From the NCBI GenBank assembly GCA_007134865.1, contig SLJW01000083.1:1-54579 (forward strand): a stretch of DNA of 54,579 bases. Direction: 5' to 3'. Shown in pieces: positions 51,373 through 54,579 of this stretch (position 1 is the stretch's first letter; the number at the start of each line of letters is the position of its first letter). A model generated the notes under the pieces. It was not told where the DNA came from, did not search any database, and saw only the letters and a list, made by a program, of their open reading frames with translations. The stretch comes from Paracoccaceae bacterium (GTDB lineage Bacteria; Pseudomonadota; Alphaproteobacteria; Rhodobacterales; Rhodobacteraceae). A program made the position numbers and the translations under genes.

Positions 51373-52659
51373 TCAGTCTTCCTCGATCGCCAGCGCCACT
51401 GGCTCGCCCATGACAACGCCCGTCTTCATCGAGAGCGCAATCGCGTGGTCAATGGCGTCGCGCGTCGTCTTGTGCGTGATGATCAGCACCGGGGCGCGCG
51501 TGTCCTGATGGCCGTATTGCCGCATCCGGTTGATCGAAACCCCGGCATTGCCCAGCGCTTCGGCCACCTTGGCCAACGCACCGGGCTTGTCGAGCAGCCC
51601 CATGCGCAGATACCAGGGCTTCGAGCCCATGGCCTTGGCCGAGAATGCCGTTTCCAGCATATACGCAGGCTGACCAAAAACCGGCAGCCGCAACCCGCGC
51701 GCAATGTCGATCACATCGCCCATGACCGCGCTGGCCGTCGGACCTGCCCCCGCACCCGGGCCACGCAGGATGATCTGCTCGACGGCATCGCCCTCTATCA
51801 CCACCATATTCGTGCCACCCTTGAGTTGCCCGAGCGGACTGTCAGCGGGAACGAGGCAAGGGGTCATCGACTGCTCAAGCCCGCGCCCGGTCATCTGCGC
51901 GACACCGAGGAGCTTGATGCGCAGCCCGAGATCGGCGGCGGCGCGGATATCCTCGATCGAGATCTGCTCGATCCCGCCTAGCGTGATGGCGTTGAAATCC
52001 GGGCGCGTCCCGAACGCGATGGCTGAGAGCAGAGTCAGCTTGTGCGCAGCGTCAATGCCACCCACATCAAGCGTCGGATCGGCCTCGAGATAGCCAAGCT
52101 GGTTGGCTTCCTCGAACACGGTTTCATAAGGCAGGCCAGCATCTTCCATCCGGGTAAGGATATAGTTGCAGGTGCCGTTCATCACACCCTTGATCCGGGT
52201 GATCCGGTTGCCCGCCAACCCCTCGCTCAGCGCCTTGATAACCGGAATACCCCCGGCGACTGCTGCCTCAAAACGCAGCGCCACACCTCTGGCCTCGGCC
52301 GCTTCCGCCAGTTCCTGGCCATGGATGGCCAGCAGCGCCTTATTGGCCGAGACAACATCCTTGCCCGCGTTGATCGCGGCATCGGTCAGGGCCTTGGCCG
52401 GGCCGTTCTCGCCGCCCATCAACTCGACCACGACATCGACATCTGCACGGCGCGCCAGTGTGACGGGATCATCCTCCCAGGCATAGGTCGAAATATCGAC
52501 GCCCCGGTTGCGCGTGCGCGAGCGAGCGGAAACTGCCACAATCTCGATGGGCCGCCCAGCGCGCCGCGCGAGCAGATCGCCATTGGTCTGCAGAATATTC
52601 ACAAGACCCGTGCCGACAGTGCCGAGCCCGGCGATTCCAAGGCGCAAAGGGTTGGTCAT
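51373..52659 (-). CDS. hom: Homoserine dehydrogenase with ACT domain
   Basis: GLGTVG, SANKA, FEAAVAGGIP, NGTCNYIL, GYLEADP, GPGAGAGPTASAV. Confidence 0.97.
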   Translation of the reverse strand: MTNPLRLGIAGLGTVGTGLVNILQTNGDLLARRAGRPIEIVAVSARSRTRNRGVDISTYAWEDDPVTLARRADVDVVVELMGGENGPAKALTDAAINAGKDVVSANKALLAIHGQELAEAAEARGVALRFEAAVAGGIPVIKALSEGLAGNRITRIKGVMNGTCNYILTRMEDAGLPYETVFEEANQLGYLEADPTLDVGGIDAAHKLTLLSAIAFGTRPDFNAITLGGIEQISIEDIRAAADLGLRIKLLGVAQMTGRGLEQSMTPCLVPADSPLGQLKGGTNMVVIEGDAVEQIILRGPGAGAGPTASAVMGDVIDIARGLRLPVFGQPAYMLETAFSAKAMGSKPWYLRMGLLDKPGALAKVAEALGNAGVSINRMRQYGHQDTRAPVLIITHKTTRDAIDHAIALSMKTGVVMGEPVALAIEED

Positions 52660-52734
52660 GTGTGGGGCTCCGATGTCTCCAATCGCAGCCCTGTTAGCGG
52701 GTCGCAGGCAGGCTTGCAATCGGGGCAGATGCAG

Positions 52735-53535
52735 TCAGCGCGTGAGGGCGGTGATTTGGCGCAACATGAGCGCACGCGATATCTCGCCGACATGGACATG
52801 CTCCAGCACGCCATCGGCACCGAGGAACAGGGTCACTGGCAGCCCGATGGTCCCGTAATGGCGCGCGAGTTCGCCGCTTGGGTCAAGCGCCATATGCGCG
52901 TCACTTATCTCTGCGCGGTTCAGATGGGCGCGCACGGTCTCGGCATCCTCGCCCTGCGAGGCCAGCAGAAAAGTCACCTCCGGGTGGGCCTCGGCCAGTT
53001 CGGCCAGCATCGGCAATTCGCGGCGACATGGCGGACACCACGTCGCCCAGAGGTTCACGACCAGAGGCTGTGCCGGGCGGTCGGTGAAGTCGAAATCCGC
53101 GCCGTCGAGCATGACAAGTTGCAGTTGGGGCGCAGGCACTGGCGGGCGGTCGGAGAAATCGAGGATCAGCACCAGCCACAGCATGCCCCCCAGCCAGAGC
53201 GCCCCGAAAGCGTGAACAAGCGCCAGCCCGCGCCGCAGCGAGAGAGCCGTGACCACGCCGACCGCCAGCGCGGCGCCGACCGGCGAGAAGCCGCCCTGCC
53301 ACACCGCAAAGACCGTCCACGGCTCGGCCAGAAACACATCGGGGTATTGAACGACATGCCCCAGCCGCGCGCCGACAAGGCCCCAGAGTACAGCGCGCGC
53401 CGACCATGCGGAGAGTGCAGGCTGTCGGCTGATGCGCGCGATGATTTCAGCCGCAATAACGAAGACCAGCAACGCGGCCAGAGCCGCAAAGCGGTCCCAG
53501 CCCAGAACAATGGGTCCGATTTCGATCGCGCTCAT
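52735..53535 (-). CDS. TlpA-family thiol:disulfide reductase fused to an Lgt-like N-terminal membrane region
   Basis: VNLWATWCPPCRRELP, GLPVTLF; N-terminal GARLGHV..WQGG motif of the Lgt N-terminus. Confidence 0.88.
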   Translation of the reverse strand: MSAIEIGPIVLGWDRFAALAALLVFVIAAEIIARISRQPALSAWSARAVLWGLVGARLGHVVQYPDVFLAEPWTVFAVWQGGFSPVGAALAVGVVTALSLRRGLALVHAFGALWLGGMLWLVLILDFSDRPPVPAPQLQLVMLDGADFDFTDRPAQPLVVNLWATWCPPCRRELPMLAELAEAHPEVTFLLASQGEDAETVRAHLNRAEISDAHMALDPSGELARHYGTIGLPVTLFLGADGVLEHVHVGEISRALMLRQITALTR

Positions 53536-53607
53536 CTGTCACTGCCTGTCCGAGGTCTGCTCGGGCGGGCTTATCGACCGGAGTGCTCTTATTGTCCAGC
53601 CTGCCCC

Positions 53608-54507
53608 TCAGGTCCCGAGCTTGGCCGCGTCGCGCGCCATGGCTTCGCGCGTGGCGTTGCGGCGGTACCAGAGCGTGATCGCGGTCGAGGTCAGCACGAT
53701 GAAGAGCGAATAGAGCACCGGGATCAGCAGAACCTCTTCCTGCATCGCGCCAGTGAAGGTCAGCGTTATCACCAGCACTGCAAGCGGGCCGTTCTGGATG
53801 CCGGTTTCGAGGCTGATCGTGCGTGAGCGGTTGGTATCCTGCCCCAACCCGCGCGCGACCCAATAGCCGAACAGCATCCCCATCAACCCGATGCCGATGG
53901 TGGCGGCATAGATCGACGGCCCGGTATCGAGCAGCAACTGATAGTTGCGCGGCACCCAGGTGACGATCAGGAACAGGATCACGACGACGCCCATGAAAGA
54001 CCCGATCAACTCGACCGTCGCGCCGATATTGGGATTGAGCTTGCGCAGCACCATGCCGAGGATCGTGGGGATAAGCAGCACCACCAGCACCTGCGCCACG
54101 TTCCCCGGCGGGATGCTGGATTCGGCGGGCACCCCGGCCAGCCCGCCATAGAAATCCAGCAACAGCGGCACCATCACCACCGCGACCAGCGTCGAGACCG
54201 TGGTCATCATGATCGACAGTGCCAGCACGCCCTTGGAGAAATAGGCGAAGATGTTCGAGGTCGTCCCCCCCGGCATGCAGGCAATCAAAAGCAGCCCGAC
54301 CACCAGTGCAGGCGGTAGCCCCAGCAGGATGGCCAGCAGATAGCCCAGGAATGGCATGACCGCGAATTGGCTCATTAGCCCGACAAGAATGCCTTTGGGC
54401 TTGCGAAAGGCGATGCGGAAATCGCGCGGGGTCATGCTGGCGCCCATGCCCAGCATGATCACCATCATCATGATGCCCAGAAGAGTGGTTTCCAGTTCGG
54501 TCAGCAT
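53608..54507 (-). CDS. Bile acid:sodium symporter (BASS) family transporter
   Basis: MLGMG, QF..MP, PGGTTSN, ISLETGIQN. Confidence 0.92.
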   Translation of the reverse strand: MLTELETTLLGIMMMVIMLGMGASMTPRDFRIAFRKPKGILVGLMSQFAVMPFLGYLLAILLGLPPALVVGLLLIACMPGGTTSNIFAYFSKGVLALSIMMTTVSTLVAVVMVPLLLDFYGGLAGVPAESSIPPGNVAQVLVVLLIPTILGMVLRKLNPNIGATVELIGSFMGVVVILFLIVTWVPRNYQLLLDTGPSIYAATIGIGLMGMLFGYWVARGLGQDTNRSRTISLETGIQNGPLAVLVITLTFTGAMQEEVLLIPVLYSLFIVLTSTAITLWYRRNATREAMARDAAKLGT

Positions 54508-54510
54508 GGC

Positions 54511-54579
54511 TCAGGCCCCCATGGCAAATTCGGCGCGCGCCTCGGCCTTGAGATCCTTGCGCAGGATCTTTCCGATGGG
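54511..54579 (-). CDS. C-terminal end of an AMP-binding acyl-CoA synthetase (partial)
   Basis: Minus strand reads PIGKILRKDLKAEARAEFAMGA*; GKI.R is the adenylate-forming A10 motif. Confidence 0.7.
   Translation of the reverse strand, partial: PIGKILRKDLKAEARAEFAMGA

Overview
High-GC alphaproteobacterial chromosomal DNA. Gene content and order point to Rhodobacteraceae (inference from protein motifs; no database search was run). Most of the window is core housekeeping: partial carB, trcR (DUF1013), pheT, lon, tRNA-Val(CAC), mobA, rsfS-rlmH, leuCD, dapA, two lytic transglycosylases, rpsT-dnaA-dnaN-recF, mutM, ubiE-ubiB, rimP-nusA-ylxR-infB, tRNA-Glu(TTC), hom-glpX-recJ. I see no integrase, transposase, prophage, CRISPR array or defence system. 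The only accessory-looking piece is a ~3 kb islet at the 3' end of tRNA-Glu (M24-fold hydrolase plus M20 amidohydrolase, with probable gene remnants). The most promising signals are small and regulatory: (1) two overlapping short ORFs and a hairpin in the leuC leader; (2) a four-copy CCAGAC/GTCTGG switch-like leader upstream of rpsT; (3) a candidate sRNA ending in a perfect 26-bp palindrome upstream of lon; (4) a likely CTG start for rsfS; (5) a ~790-aa acidic, probably disordered protein with a scaffold-like layout. None of these is proven novel from the sequence alone.
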